The notes under the pieces are model-generated. The model saw nothing but the letters and a program-made list of their open reading frames with translations. It was not told the origin of the DNA and made no database searches. From Escherichia coli (GTDB lineage: Bacteria > Pseudomonadota > Gammaproteobacteria > Enterobacterales > Enterobacteriaceae), in NCBI RefSeq assembly GCF_044324785.1, contig NZ_CP172127.1: a stretch of DNA of 64,000 nucleotides. One strand, given 5' to 3'. Each line of letters begins with the position of its first letter. Position 1 is the stretch's first letter. Positions 48,500 to 61,866 of this stretch are shown here, one piece after another. The position numbers and the translations under genes are program-made.

Positions 48500-49405
48500 T
48501 CAGATGCTTTTTACACTGACAGCTTCTTTTTTCTTACGGCTCACCAGCGCCAGTGCCAGCACAATCAGCACAATACCGCTACCTTCAACGGCCCCCGGAT
48601 TCTCACCGAGCAGCCACCAGGAAAAGAGTACGCCGCAAACGGGAACGGCCAGTGTGCTTAAACTGGCAATACTGGCAGGCAAGTTTTTCAATACAAACAA
48701 CCATAAGCTCCACGCCAGCGCCGTCGCCAGAATCGCACTGTAGGCCAGCGCCCAGAACACGGTAGGCTGCCAGTCAATTTCACGTTGCGGCACCAGTAAA
48801 GCGACCACACTCATCACCAGCGCCGCATACAGCATCTGCCAGGATGTTAACGACAATAAATCCACGCGCGGATGACGGGCATACAGACGTTTAGCAACAA
48901 TCGCGCTCGCCCCCCAACTAACACCGGAGAGGATTGCCAGCATGGCACTTTTCATCGAAGAGAAATCGAGTTGCCACGGCTGCAACACCAAAAATAAGCC
49001 GAAAGCGGCAATCAGTATCGCGAAATATTGCCCACGTCGCAGGCGTTCACCGAGAAACAACGCGGCGAAAATCACCACCCAGAACGGCATGGTATAGCTC
49101 AGGATCGCCACCTTCCCCGCTCCTCCGCTGACCAGCGCCCACTGCGCCAGGCCAACCATCCCACAGGTTTGTAACAGGGCAATGGCTAAGGTGTATTTAA
49201 ACGGTGTCGGGCGCATTCCGCGACCACGTAATAAAAGGACAATGAATAAAACGAGAGCGCCGAAAATGCAGCGTAAGGCGGTAAAGTCGAAGGCACCGAT
49301 GTAGCTGGTGACTTGCTTCATGAAAATCCAGCTATAACTCCAGATAAGTGTGAGCACAACCAGGCCACTGATTGCCAGTGGGTTGCTCTTTCCTGCGGCA
49401 GACAT
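48500..49405 (-). CDS. yijE: EamA/DMT-family inner membrane transporter YijE
   Basis: Translation from [28 protein letters not shown]...; 10-TM DMT permease. Confidence 0.85.
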   Translation of the reverse strand: MSAAGKSNPLAISGLVVLTLIWSYSWIFMKQVTSYIGAFDFTALRCIFGALVLFIVLLLRGRGMRPTPFKYTLAIALLQTCGMVGLAQWALVSGGAGKVAILSYTMPFWVVIFAALFLGERLRRGQYFAILIAAFGLFLVLQPWQLDFSSMKSAMLAILSGVSWGASAIVAKRLYARHPRVDLLSLTSWQMLYAALVMSVVALLVPQREIDWQPTVFWALAYSAILATALAWSLWLFVLKNLPASIASLSTLAVPVCGVLFSWWLLGENPGAVEGSGIVLIVLALALVSRKKKEAVSVKSI

Positions 49406-49497
49406 GAGAGATCCAGTGTGTAGTTTTCCTGTGGACACTATACGCCGGTAAAGAAACTTCAGCGACTGCCATCAGGCAGTCGCTGAAGAAGGTCAGA

Positions 49498-51732
<2,235 letters not shown>

Positions 51733-52006
51733 TTATAATTGAATTAATCCACGGATGCGATAGTTGAGATCTTACATATTGTTGGTTAAAGAGATGTAGA
51801 TCAAATTGATCGTAATTAAGACTTTTTGATTATGTCCGATTTAGGACAAATGCTTTATAAAAAAGGGTTTTAGATTTGTATCCTTCAAGTAATGAGGGAG
51901 AAAACAAGGCTGATAACCTTATTTTCCCGCCCTCATTTCGAGGCAGCATTTTGTGCTCTGTTTAAAATTTGTGATCACTGTGTGATTTTCACAAAAGGCA
52001 CAATAC

Positions 52007-52900
<894 letters not shown>

Positions 52901-52949
52901 TTACCTCATCAATCGCTTGTCGTTATATGTTGTGTTGTGCACATCTATC

Positions 52950-52980
52950 CGTTTAGACGTCCAGATGTAAAGATGAAGGA
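52950..52980. promoter_or_regulatory. MetJ operator (tandem met boxes) upstream of metF
   Basis: tagacgtc cagatgta aagatgaa: tandem 8-bp repeats resembling the met box AGACGTCT, about 55 bp upstream of the metF start. Confidence 0.65.
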
Positions 52981-53279
52981 AAAGCTAAAGGGCGTCAACC
53001 GAAAAATGACCAATGATAGTGAGGAAAAATCAGGGAAGATGAAAAAAACTCATCTTAATTAGAGGCGATAAGAGATTTCTCTATAGCGCAATCCATCTCG
53101 CACGTTTTGACTAATATTCTGACAACACAGCGACACCTGGGCTAATTCGAAAAACAACCTCCTGCCACCGGATGGTGATGCTAAGGCATCTGATTCGGCC
53201 TGCGCTCTCACGTAGGCCGAATAATGGATCTGCAAAATCAACTGGTAGCAAACAGATGAATCAACTTAATACATACTTT

Positions 53280-54833
53280 TTACTTGATATCCTTCACACG
53301 CATACCGTTGATCTGTTCATCCGTGATGGTATTGCCCGCTTTGAAGTAATCAACCACGGCGTGATAAACGTAATAACCGCCCGTTGTGTTACGCGCTCTC
53401 CCTTCGGTGAAGGCGCTAAAACCATCGCCACCATCAGCAAGGAAACTCTGAGTAGCAATGTGGTAAACCGTCGCATCTTCAATGGGTTTGCCATTCAGAG
53501 TCAGCGAGATAACCCGCTGACCAACCGGCTTACTGCTGTCGTACTTCATTTCCAGGCCTTTCGATACCTGTAAAACGCCATTACTTAAACTTGCGCCGTG
53601 TTCCATCAAACTGCGTAATTGTTTACCCGTGAGATCCATCGTCACCAGTTCGTTGGGGAACGGGAAGGTACTGATGACGCCGCCCATCGTAATCGCCCCT
53701 GCGGGGATCTCATTGCGAATACCGCCAGAGTTGGTTAAAGCCAATTGAGTGTTTTTACCCGCCGCTACCAGTAAAGCGTCCGCCGCCAGGTTCCCCAGGG
53801 ATGCCGATTCACCATAGGCACGTTTTAATTCAACCGGCGATTTCGCGACCGTTTGTTGCACCACTTCATCAAGCTTTTTATTCCAGCCGTCGATCACCTG
53901 TTTCGTTTGCGGATCGGGCTTCCACTCGTCGGCGTAAATGGTTTTAAGCTCGAAGTTTTTCACCGTAAAATCATGCGGCTTCTCTTTGTAGTCGAGAACC
54001 AGTTTGCCCACATCAATCCCGCCACTGTCAGTGGAAAGGATGAGCGTATTGCCGACTTTAATCGGTTCCGGCGTACCCACATGTGCATGTCCGGTGATCA
54101 AAATATCCAGCCCTTTCACCTGACTTGCCGTCTGAATATCTTTATCCAGTGCGCGACGCACATCAGTCCCTCCCATACTGGACTGGCGGGCCGGAACACC
54201 TTCGTGGATCAGGGCGACGGTCAAATCAACCTTGCCTTTGAGTTCATCGATATAACGTTGTAGCCATTTAATTTCATCACGCGCTTCAATACCCACTCGC
54301 GTGGCAGCAGATACTGTGTCATTAAAGGCAAATACACCGTGCAAACCTATAACGCCTATTTTCACACCGTCTTTTTCGATGATGGTATAGGGCTTATCCC
54401 AGAATGATTTACTGCTGTTCTGATAAAAAACATTGCCCTGCACAATCGGGAATTTTGCCTGACTCAACTGTAATAATGTGTTGTCCCAGCCGTGGTCAAA
54501 TTCATGGTTACCCATCGTGACAGCATCGAATGGCATGGTATTCATAATATCGATAATAGCCTTGCCTTTGGTCAGGCTGCTGATATATGGCCCGGTAAAA
54601 TAGTCGCCCGCATCAAAAAACCATGTCGCCTTATTTTTTGCTTTTTCTTGCTTAACCAGCGTAGTGATATTTGCCCAGCCGCCAATATCCCGTTTACCGT
54701 CCGCAATCCACGGCACTTTATAAGGCTCTACATGTGCATGGAGGTCGTTGGTATAAATAATGGTGACATCTTTAGCGCAAGCCCAGAATGGCAGTGTTAA
54801 TGCGATACCCGCAGCAAGTATTTTAATTTTCAT
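53280..54833 (-). CDS. secreted bifunctional metallophosphatase / 5'-nucleotidase family protein (UshA/CpdB-like)
   Basis: 517 aa; signal peptide [20 protein letters not shown]; calcineurin-like phosphoesterase motifs (TNDLHAH, GDYFTG, MGNHEFD, GHAH) plus a C-terminal 5'-nucleotidase substrate-binding domain. Confidence 0.85.
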   Translation of the reverse strand: MKIKILAAGIALTLPFWACAKDVTIIYTNDLHAHVEPYKVPWIADGKRDIGGWANITTLVKQEKAKNKATWFFDAGDYFTGPYISSLTKGKAIIDIMNTMPFDAVTMGNHEFDHGWDNTLLQLSQAKFPIVQGNVFYQNSSKSFWDKPYTIIEKDGVKIGVIGLHGVFAFNDTVSAATRVGIEARDEIKWLQRYIDELKGKVDLTVALIHEGVPARQSSMGGTDVRRALDKDIQTASQVKGLDILITGHAHVGTPEPIKVGNTLILSTDSGGIDVGKLVLDYKEKPHDFTVKNFELKTIYADEWKPDPQTKQVIDGWNKKLDEVVQQTVAKSPVELKRAYGESASLGNLAADALLVAAGKNTQLALTNSGGIRNEIPAGAITMGGVISTFPFPNELVTMDLTGKQLRSLMEHGASLSNGVLQVSKGLEMKYDSSKPVGQRVISLTLNGKPIEDATVYHIATQSFLADGGDGFSAFTEGRARNTTGGYYVYHAVVDYFKAGNTITDEQINGMRVKDIK

Positions 54834-54892
54834 AAACAGTCCCTTTCAGTGAGATAAAGGATTGCTACATTACGTTCTGAAAGAGTTATTTA

Positions 54893-54908
54893 TGTGAGAG
54901 TAATCACA
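54893..54908. promoter_or_regulatory. perfect consensus CRP (cAMP receptor protein) binding site in divergent promoter region
   Basis: TGTGAgagtaaTCACA: both consensus half-sites with 6-bp spacer, roughly 60 bp from each of the two divergent start codons. Confidence 0.7.
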
Positions 54909-54965
54909 TCCACAGGGGAGCGTTGCCGGACAAAATCAACGACCATGTGAAATCGTTGGTGATAT

Positions 54966-56096
54966 ATGTCGACTCTGTTTACGATTAATGCCTGCAAGTC
55001 GTTTGGTTGCCGTAATTTAGGGCAGCCAACATCGACAGATTATAGCTGGCCCGACTATCGACTGGGTTATCCGGCACTGCACTGTCGGGCATGTGGCAGT
55101 TACCCGCCGTTGTTTGACGAGCAACAATTTCGTGACTGGTTGACAGTTCACTTATCTACTTTTGCAACAGAGAAAGGCCATTTTTGCCCGGTATGTTATG
55201 GTACAGATACGATTTGTTATGGTCACAATCCACAGGGTTCGCAACGCATTCAATGCCGTAACTGCAAAAAAGTATGGACACCCAAACAATATCAGAAAGA
55301 AATAACGACTCCCGAAATAATCGAAACGGTTGCTTTTCTCGTGCCATTTCAGGGAGTCAGCAGCGGGCAGAAACTGTATGTTTTAATCAGTTTTGATGCT
55401 CTTCGCGGTAATATTCTTCATCTTTCTACTAATTACACGCAGCATCAGGCTGGAGAAAGTCTGCATTATCGATACAGAGGGAATGCAGAACCAGAGTTAC
55501 ACGAGAGTAATATTGTACAACGCGTTGATATGCGGGAAGCACAATTTCTACGCCGCAGTCAGTTTGATGAAATTCAGTATGGCAGCGCAGCGCTCAAACG
55601 CAATGCTAAAGGTGTTATTCTGCGTCCGGTTATCACTGCACACGGGCATTTCAGAGTACTGAATATTTTATTCCCTACAGTAAAAACACATGTAATTTCA
55701 CACGAGTGTTTTTTAAGAGGTGCCATTATTACGGCATGGGCTGATCTGTTTCGCCAACAGCAAGGTGAGATTTGGTTTATTGAAGAGGAAATAGCTGACG
55801 ATACCGATAATATGCCCTGGAGTTTTCAGGGAACAACTTATCACGGCTGGTGGAAAAATCAGTGGCAACTTTGGGGTCAGGGCAAAAATCGTAAAATGGT
55901 ATGTGCATTAACGGGCGGAAAGAGTAGCAAAGCAGAAATGCTCTCTTTAGCAACCAGCAGACATTTTATCGACTGGCTACATAAACAAGCAGTATTTACT
56001 CACAGCACCCCGCTTTCCGCAGGGCGCGTTACGCAAATACTGCTTTCTCTGGCTCAGGATTACAACAACTGCGCCAGGCGGTTAATATCCGACTGA
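54966..56096 (+). CDS. hypothetical Cys-rich protein (N-terminal paired C-x4-C / C-x2-C zinc-ribbon-like motifs)
   Basis: 376 aa ORF; N-terminus contains C..x4..C, C..x2..C, C..x2..C, C..x2..C pairs (ACKSFGC, CRAC, CPVC, CRNC); no signal peptide; 3' end overlaps convergent metL stop by 37 bp; function not recognisable. Confidence 0.6.
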   Translation: MSTLFTINACKSFGCRNLGQPTSTDYSWPDYRLGYPALHCRACGSYPPLFDEQQFRDWLTVHLSTFATEKGHFCPVCYGTDTICYGHNPQGSQRIQCRNCKKVWTPKQYQKEITTPEIIETVAFLVPFQGVSSGQKLYVLISFDALRGNILHLSTNYTQHQAGESLHYRYRGNAEPELHESNIVQRVDMREAQFLRRSQFDEIQYGSAALKRNAKGVILRPVITAHGHFRVLNILFPTVKTHVISHECFLRGAIITAWADLFRQQQGEIWFIEEEIADDTDNMPWSFQGTTYHGWWKNQWQLWGQGKNRKMVCALTGGKSSKAEMLSLATSRHFIDWLHKQAVFTHSTPLSAGRVTQILLSLAQDYNNCARRLISD

Positions 56097-58492
56097 ATCG
56101 CCCCTGCGGTGACGTCGCGCCCCGCGCCAGGCCCACGGATCACCAGAGGGTTATCGCGATACCAGCGGCTTTCGATGGCAAAGACGTTATCGCACGGCAG
56201 CAGTGATGCCAGCGGATGGTCTTCACGCACCGCTTCCACGCCCACACGCGCTTTGCCATTGGCATCGAAACGCGCCACGTAGCGCAGCACCAGCCCCATT
56301 TCGCGGGCCGCTTCCAGCCGTTGCAACATCTGCTCGTTGAGTTCATCGCCGTTTTCAAAGAAATGGTCGATGCTACCGCCTTCGCAATGGGCAGGCACCA
56401 GCGATTCCACGCGCACCTGATCTGGTTCGATGTCGTAACCCGCTTCACGCGCCAGAATCACCAGCTTGCGCATCACGTCTTTGCCGGAAAGGTCATCACG
56501 CGGGTCAGGCTCGGTTAAGCCCTGCTGCCACGCCTGATCCACCAGTTCGGTAAACGGCACGCTACCGTCGAATTGCAGGAACAGCCAGGAGAGCGTGCCG
56601 GAGAAGATCCCGCTGATCGACAAAATAGTATCGCCGCTGTCGATCAGATCGCGCACGGTATGGTTGATCGGCAATCCCGCACCGACGGTGGCGTTGTACA
56701 GCCAGTGACGCCCGGTTTTTTCGAAGGCGTCGTGGATCTGGCGATATTTATTGCTGTCGCTCGCTCCTGCCAGTTTGTTGGCACTGATGACGTGGAAACC
56801 GTGGCTGGCGAAATCAAGATACTGGTCAGCGAGCTGCTGGCTGGCGGTAACGTCCAGCACCACTAAATCATCATACGGATGGGCGCGCATCCACAGGAAC
56901 AGCGACTCTTCATCCTGCTCGACCGCTTCATCGTTGAAGAAGGCTAGCGCGCGGCTGGCATCCAGCCCGCCATAACTCAACAGGCTGCGGCGGCTGTCCA
57001 CCACGCCTGCCAGCACAAATTCAAAGCCGGTACGTGCCGAAAGCGTGCTCTGCTCACGGGCGAACAGTTCCAGCCAGCGGGAACCGATATTGCCCTTGCC
57101 GAACAATACCAGGCCGATGCGTTTTTCTGCGCGGAAGACGGACTGATGCAGCCCCTGAATCAGGCTTTCGGTTGGTCCGGTGCGCAGTACTGCCACCAGG
57201 CTGATGCCGTCATCGGACTGCCAGGTAAATTCGACCGGCTGGCCTTTCAGTTGCTGCCAGAAGCGGTGGCAATGCAGCGGGTTACGGGTGACGCCTGCAC
57301 CGACCATCGCCACCAGCGCCAGCCCCTGACGCAGGCGCAGTTCGCCAGGTAATCCCGCTTCGTCGAGGATTTTCAGCGCACTGTCAGCGACTTCTGAGGT
57401 GTAGCAAAATTGCAGCAACTGGCGATCGTTATGCACGCCAACCGCCAGTGGACGCACCTGGGCACGTTTCAGGATCTGGTCGATCTCTTTATGTGCCAGT
57501 TTGAAATCCTGACTGGCGGGCACCTGAAACTCAATCAAACAGACATCATCGTGGCTGGTGACAATACGCGCACCAGTACCAGAGGCCAGCACGCGTTCAA
57601 TGCGCGTGGAGCCTTGATCCGGCGTGTAGCTACAGCGCAGTTGCAGGTCGATTTCGCTACCGGATACCGGCTGTAAAGTACGGGCGTGAAGAACGGGAGC
57701 CGCCAGACGCGCCAGTTCGCTGGCCTCATCCAGACGCAGCAACGGCAGCAGGCAGGCATCTTTCACTTTACGCGGGTCGGCACTGTATACCCCGGCGACG
57801 TCGCTCCAGATGGTTACACGAGAAACACCCGCCAGCGCACCGATTTGTGTCGCGGAATAGTCGGAACCGTTACGCCCCAGCAGCACCGTTTCACCGGCGT
57901 TGTTACGGCTGATAAACCCGGTCACCACCAGACGTTTGCCCGGATGTTGTACCAGTAGCTGTTGCAGCAACGGGTAAGAAAGTCCTTCATCAACCTGCGG
58001 TTGCGCAGCGCGTTCAGCGCGTAAAAACTCGCGGGCATCAAGCCAGGCCGCTGGCAGCCCTTGTTGATTAAGTACCGCAGACATCAGGCGTGCCGACCAT
58101 ACTTCCCCGTGGCCCACCACTTCCGCATACACCGCATCGTTAATACCACTGTCGAGCAACGCCGCCAGGCGCTCAAGATCGCTGACAAAAGCGCTAATGA
58201 GGCTATCGGCTTCTTCGGCGGGTAACAGGCCGCTAATCAGATCGCACTGATAGCGACGCAGCGTTTGTTGAACCTGATGCGCAGAGAGACGATCGGTCTG
58301 GCTTAGTTTCAACCAGTTAATCAACTGGTTAGTGGTGCTACCGGCGGCGGAAACCACCATCATATCGTCAGGCAGAGAGTACTCCGCCATAATGCCCGCG
58401 ACACGCAAATAACACTTCACATCAGCCAGACTACTGCCACCAAATTTATGCAGTTGACGACCTTTCGCCCCTGCCTGCGCAATCACACTCAT
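56060..58492 (-). CDS. metL: bifunctional aspartokinase II / homoserine dehydrogenase II MetL
   Basis: 810 aa; MSVIAQAGAKGRQLHKFGGSSLADVKCYLRVAGIMAEYS... Confidence 0.95.
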   Translation of the reverse strand: MSVIAQAGAKGRQLHKFGGSSLADVKCYLRVAGIMAEYSLPDDMMVVSAAGSTTNQLINWLKLSQTDRLSAHQVQQTLRRYQCDLISGLLPAEEADSLISAFVSDLERLAALLDSGINDAVYAEVVGHGEVWSARLMSAVLNQQGLPAAWLDAREFLRAERAAQPQVDEGLSYPLLQQLLVQHPGKRLVVTGFISRNNAGETVLLGRNGSDYSATQIGALAGVSRVTIWSDVAGVYSADPRKVKDACLLPLLRLDEASELARLAAPVLHARTLQPVSGSEIDLQLRCSYTPDQGSTRIERVLASGTGARIVTSHDDVCLIEFQVPASQDFKLAHKEIDQILKRAQVRPLAVGVHNDRQLLQFCYTSEVADSALKILDEAGLPGELRLRQGLALVAMVGAGVTRNPLHCHRFWQQLKGQPVEFTWQSDDGISLVAVLRTGPTESLIQGLHQSVFRAEKRIGLVLFGKGNIGSRWLELFAREQSTLSARTGFEFVLAGVVDSRRSLLSYGGLDASRALAFFNDEAVEQDEESLFLWMRAHPYDDLVVLDVTASQQLADQYLDFASHGFHVISANKLAGASDSNKYRQIHDAFEKTGRHWLYNATVGAGLPINHTVRDLIDSGDTILSISGIFSGTLSWLFLQFDGSVPFTELVDQAWQQGLTEPDPRDDLSGKDVMRKLVILAREAGYDIEPDQVRVESLVPAHCEGGSIDHFFENGDELNEQMLQRLEAAREMGLVLRYVARFDANGKARVGVEAVREDHPLASLLPCDNVFAIESRWYRDNPLVIRGPGAGRDVTAGAIQSDINRLAQLL

Positions 58493-58494
58493 TT

Positions 58495-59655
58495 TTACCC
58501 CTTGTTTGCAGCCCGGAAGCCATTTTCCAGGTCGGCAATTAAATCTTCGCCATCTTCAATACCGGTGGAGATACGCAGCAGCGTCTCGGAGATCCCGGCG
58601 GCAGCACGCGCTTCTGGTGCCATGCCTGCATGTGTCATGGTTGCGGCGTGAGAGATTAAACTTTCCACTCCCCCTAATGATTCCGCCAGCGTAAACAACG
58701 ACAGCCCGCCCAAGAAACGACGCAGCGTCTGCTCATCGCCATCCAGTTCAAAACTCAACATTGCGCCAAAGCCTTTTTGCTGGCGCGCGGCAATTTCATG
58801 CCCCTGATTTTCCGGCAGCGACGGGTGATACAGTTTTTTCACCAACGGCTGGGTTTGCAGATATTTCACAATCGCCTGCGCGTTGCGCTGGGCCAGCTCC
58901 ATACGCGGCACCAGAGTTCGCAACCCGCGTAGCAGCAGATAGCTGTCAAACGCGCCGCCCGTCACGCCAATATTGTTTGCCCACCAGGCAAGTTCAGTGA
59001 CAACGTCCGGATCTTTAGCAATCACCACGCCGGCCACCACGTCTGAGTGACCGTTCAGATATTTCGTGCATGAATGCAACACCAGATCGGCACCTAATGC
59101 CAGCGGATTTTGTAATGCCGGGCTTAAGAAGGTGTTATCCACCACGCTCACCGCCCCGACTTCCCTTGCCAGATGGCAGATTTTCGCAATATCCACGACG
59201 CGTAACAATGGATTACTTGGGCTTTCTACCAGTACCAGTTTGGGGTTTTCTGCCAGCGCTGCCCGTAATGCCTGTTCATCGCCTTGATCAACAAACAACA
59301 CGCGATAGCAACCGCGTTTCGCCAGGCTGTCGAACAGGCGATAGCTGCCTCCGTAGCAGTCGTGCGGCGCAACCAGCAGATCGCCTGGTTTCAAAAAGAC
59401 GGTCGTTACCAGGTGAATCGCGGACATGCCGGTATTAGTAAGTACGGCACCAGCACCGCCTTCCAGTTCTGCCAGCGCACGCTGAACCACATCGCGCGTT
59501 GGGTTGCCGCGCCGCGAGTAATCATGCGCGCGCGGTTCATTAAATCCGGTAAAGTTATAGGTGCTGGAAAGATGGATGGGAGGGACAACGCAACCATACT
59601 GTTCGTCGTCATTTAACCCGCTACGCACTGCGATGGTGGCCTGTTTACGCGTCAT
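58495..59655 (-). CDS. metB: cystathionine gamma-synthase MetB
   Basis: Translation from MTRKQATIAVRSGLNDDEQYGCVVPPIHLSSTYNF...; PLP-dependent; the ORF-track 445-aa version is an upstream in-frame extension without stop. Confidence 0.94.
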   Translation of the reverse strand: MTRKQATIAVRSGLNDDEQYGCVVPPIHLSSTYNFTGFNEPRAHDYSRRGNPTRDVVQRALAELEGGAGAVLTNTGMSAIHLVTTVFLKPGDLLVAPHDCYGGSYRLFDSLAKRGCYRVLFVDQGDEQALRAALAENPKLVLVESPSNPLLRVVDIAKICHLAREVGAVSVVDNTFLSPALQNPLALGADLVLHSCTKYLNGHSDVVAGVVIAKDPDVVTELAWWANNIGVTGGAFDSYLLLRGLRTLVPRMELAQRNAQAIVKYLQTQPLVKKLYHPSLPENQGHEIAARQQKGFGAMLSFELDGDEQTLRRFLGGLSLFTLAESLGGVESLISHAATMTHAGMAPEARAAAGISETLLRISTGIEDGEDLIADLENGFRAANKG

Positions 59656-59714
59656 GTGATGAAGTTCCCTGGGCTTTGTCGGTGAAATGTCAGGCACCAG
59701 AGTAAACATTGTGT

Positions 59715-59750
59715 TAATGGACGTCAATACATCTGGACATCTAAACTTCT
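59715..59750. promoter_or_regulatory. MetJ operator (tandem met boxes) in metB / metJ divergent control region
   Basis: Reverse complement reads tagatgtc cagatgta ttgacgtc, three tandem 8-bp met-box-like repeats upstream of metB. Confidence 0.65.
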
Positions 59751-59931
59751 TTGCGTATAGATTGAGCAAATCCCAAATAGCCGTTAAAATTATATGCATT
59801 ATCACGCCGACAGGTGCATTACACGATGTCACGGTAGCGCCTGTACGGTAAACTATGCGGGTTTACGGTCAGTACCCACATAAATTGTGTGGTCTGGTCT
59901 CAATTTATTGACGAAGAGGATTAAGTATCTC

Positions 59932-60249
59932 ATGGCTGAATGGAGCGGCGAATATATCAGCCCATACGCTGAGCACGGCAAGAAGAGTGAACAAGTCAAA
60001 AAGATTACGGTTTCCATTCCTCTTAAGGTGTTAAAAATCCTCACCGATGAACGCACGCGTCGTCAGGTGAACAACCTGCGTCACGCTACCAACAGCGAGC
60101 TGCTGTGCGAAGCGTTTCTGCATGCCTTTACCGGGCAACCTTTGCCGGATGATGCCGATCTGCGTAAAGAGCGCAGCGACGAAATCCCGGAAGCGGCAAA
60201 AGAGATCATGCGTGAGATGGGGATTAACCCGGAGACGTGGGAATACTAA
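59932..60249 (+). CDS. metJ: methionine repressor MetJ
   Basis: Translation [66 protein letters not shown]...; 105 aa. Confidence 0.95.
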
Positions 60250-60257
60250 AGCGGAAA

Positions 60258-60290
60258 AGAGCGGCGCGGAGTTAACCAGCCGCTTTTTTC
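60258..60290 (+). terminator. rho-independent terminator downstream of metJ
   Basis: Hairpin agcggcgcggagttaaccagccgct followed by tttttc. Confidence 0.55.
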
Positions 60291-60308
60291 ATACATGGAC
60301 GTTTAACG

Positions 60309-60917
60309 ATGAAAATCAGGCTACTGATCCTCAGCCTGCTGGTTTCTGTGCCTGCATTTGCCTGGCAACCACAAACCGGCGACATCATCTTTCAGATCTC
60401 TCGCTCATCGCAAAGTAAAGCGATCCAACTGGCGACCCATTCCGATTACAGCCACACCGGTATGCTGGTGATACGCAACAAAAAGCCCTACGTTTTTGAA
60501 GCGGTCGGCCCGGTGAAATACACCCCGCTCAAGCAGTGGATTGCCCATGGTGAAAAGGGCAAATACGTTGTTCGCCGCGTTGAAGGCGGACTGAGTGTTA
60601 AACAACAGCAAAAACTGGCGCAAACGGCAAAACGTTATCTCGGCAAACCGTATGATTTCAGCTTCTCATGGAGCGACGATCGCCAGTACTGTTCGGAAGT
60701 GGTGTGGAAGGTTTACCAGAATGCGCTGGGAATGCGCGTGGGCGAACAGCAAAAGTTGAAAGAGTTCGATCTGAGTAACCCGCTGGTTCAGGCAAAGCTC
60801 AAAGAACGTTACGGCAAGAATATTCCGCTTGAGGAAACGGTGGTCTCGCCACAAGCCGTTTTCGACGCGCCACAACTCACCACGGTTGCCAAAGAGTGGC
60901 CGCTGTTTTCGTGGTAA
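60309..60917 (+). CDS. yiiX: conserved secreted protein YiiX (permuted papain-like/DUF830 family)
   Basis: 202 aa with signal peptide MKIRLLILSLLVSVPAFA; conserved position next to metJ. Confidence 0.88.
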   Translation: MKIRLLILSLLVSVPAFAWQPQTGDIIFQISRSSQSKAIQLATHSDYSHTGMLVIRNKKPYVFEAVGPVKYTPLKQWIAHGEKGKYVVRRVEGGLSVKQQQKLAQTAKRYLGKPYDFSFSWSDDRQYCSEVVWKVYQNALGMRVGEQQKLKEFDLSNPLVQAKLKERYGKNIPLEETVVSPQAVFDAPQLTTVAKEWPLFSW

Positions 60918-61003
60918 TGGATGATAAAAAAATAATTCCCGCCGTAGTCTGTTTGTTGCTTTGTAGTTGCACGACCTTTCCGCAAGCTGTCGCTCCGGTA
61001 AAC

Positions 61004-61766
61004 GGTGATGCCTCCAATTAGTTGAATTAAGGATATAATACTCGCTTCTAAGGTTGTTTCATGGTCACAGTTAACCTTCATTGTCCCCGTTGCCAGTCCG
61101 TTTAGGTTTACCGTCACGGGCAGAACCCCAAAAGACATGATCGATTCCGCGGCCGTGACTGTCACCGGGTATTTCAGCTCAGTTACTGTTACGAGCCCCG
61201 TAAACCGGGAGTTAAAGACCAAATCGCTGAAATGGCTTTCAACGGTGCCGGGGTTCGCTATACTGCCCGTACGCTGAAAATCGGCATTAATACAGTCATC
61301 CGAACTTTAAAAAACTCTCGCCACGAAGAATAACGTCATCCCCGGTCGCTCATGCTGATGTGGCACTCAACTGCGAACTTAGTCAGCAATGGAGCTTTGT
61401 CGGCAGTAAAGCGCGACAGCACTGGCTCTGGTACGTGTACAACACGAAAACTGGTGGTGTTCTGGCCTACACTTTTGGCCCCCGGACTGATGAAACCTGT
61501 CGTGAATTGCTGGCGCTGCTTACCCTTTTACCATCGGCATGTTGACCACTGACGAATGGGGTAGTTACACCAGAGAGTTACCAAAGGAGAAGCATCTGAC
61601 TGGTAAGATTTTTACTCAGCACATTGAGCGTAACAATCTGACCCTGAGAACCCGAATCAAACGTCTGGCCCGCAGAACCATCTATTTCTCGCGTTCTGTA
61701 GAACTTCATGAAAAAGTCATCGGTGCTTTTATCGAAAATATATGTTCTACTGATTGGAGTCATCAC
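61004..61766 (+). mobile_element. degenerate IS1-family element (frameshifted insA and insB, no target duplication)
   Basis: IS1-like terminal repeats ggtgatgcctccaattagttgaatt (left) and ...ctactgattggagtcatcac (right); InsA-like reading MVTVNLHCPRCQSV*, then in another frame ...AEMAFNGAGVRYTARTLKIGINTVIRTLKNS; InsB-like segments ...QQWSFVGSKARQHWLWYVYNTKTGGVLAYTFGPRTDETC... and ...TDEWGSYTRELPKEKHLTGKIFTQHIERNNLTLRTRIKRLARRTIYFSRSVELHEKVIG in different frames. Confidence 0.8.
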
Positions 61767-61866
61767 TCTTCTGATGAGCTTTCCTTGGATGATTACCAGA
61801 CTGAATACACAGCCAAAGATTTTTACCTCATTCTGCTCTTTTTTCTCAAATGACATATATTATATT

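Noticed and set aside
54966-56096. Calling the Cys-rich protein an IS1 InsA-like or IS1595-type transposase
   Set aside because: Only the zinc-ribbon-like N-terminus resembles such proteins; no inverted repeats, target duplication or DDE motif were found, so a mobile-element call is unsupported.
60809-61222. 137-aa minus-strand ORF spanning the yiiX 3' end and the IS1-like element
   Set aside because: It overlaps yiiX antisense and the IS1-like left end, with no RBS or domain signal; more likely a chance ORF.
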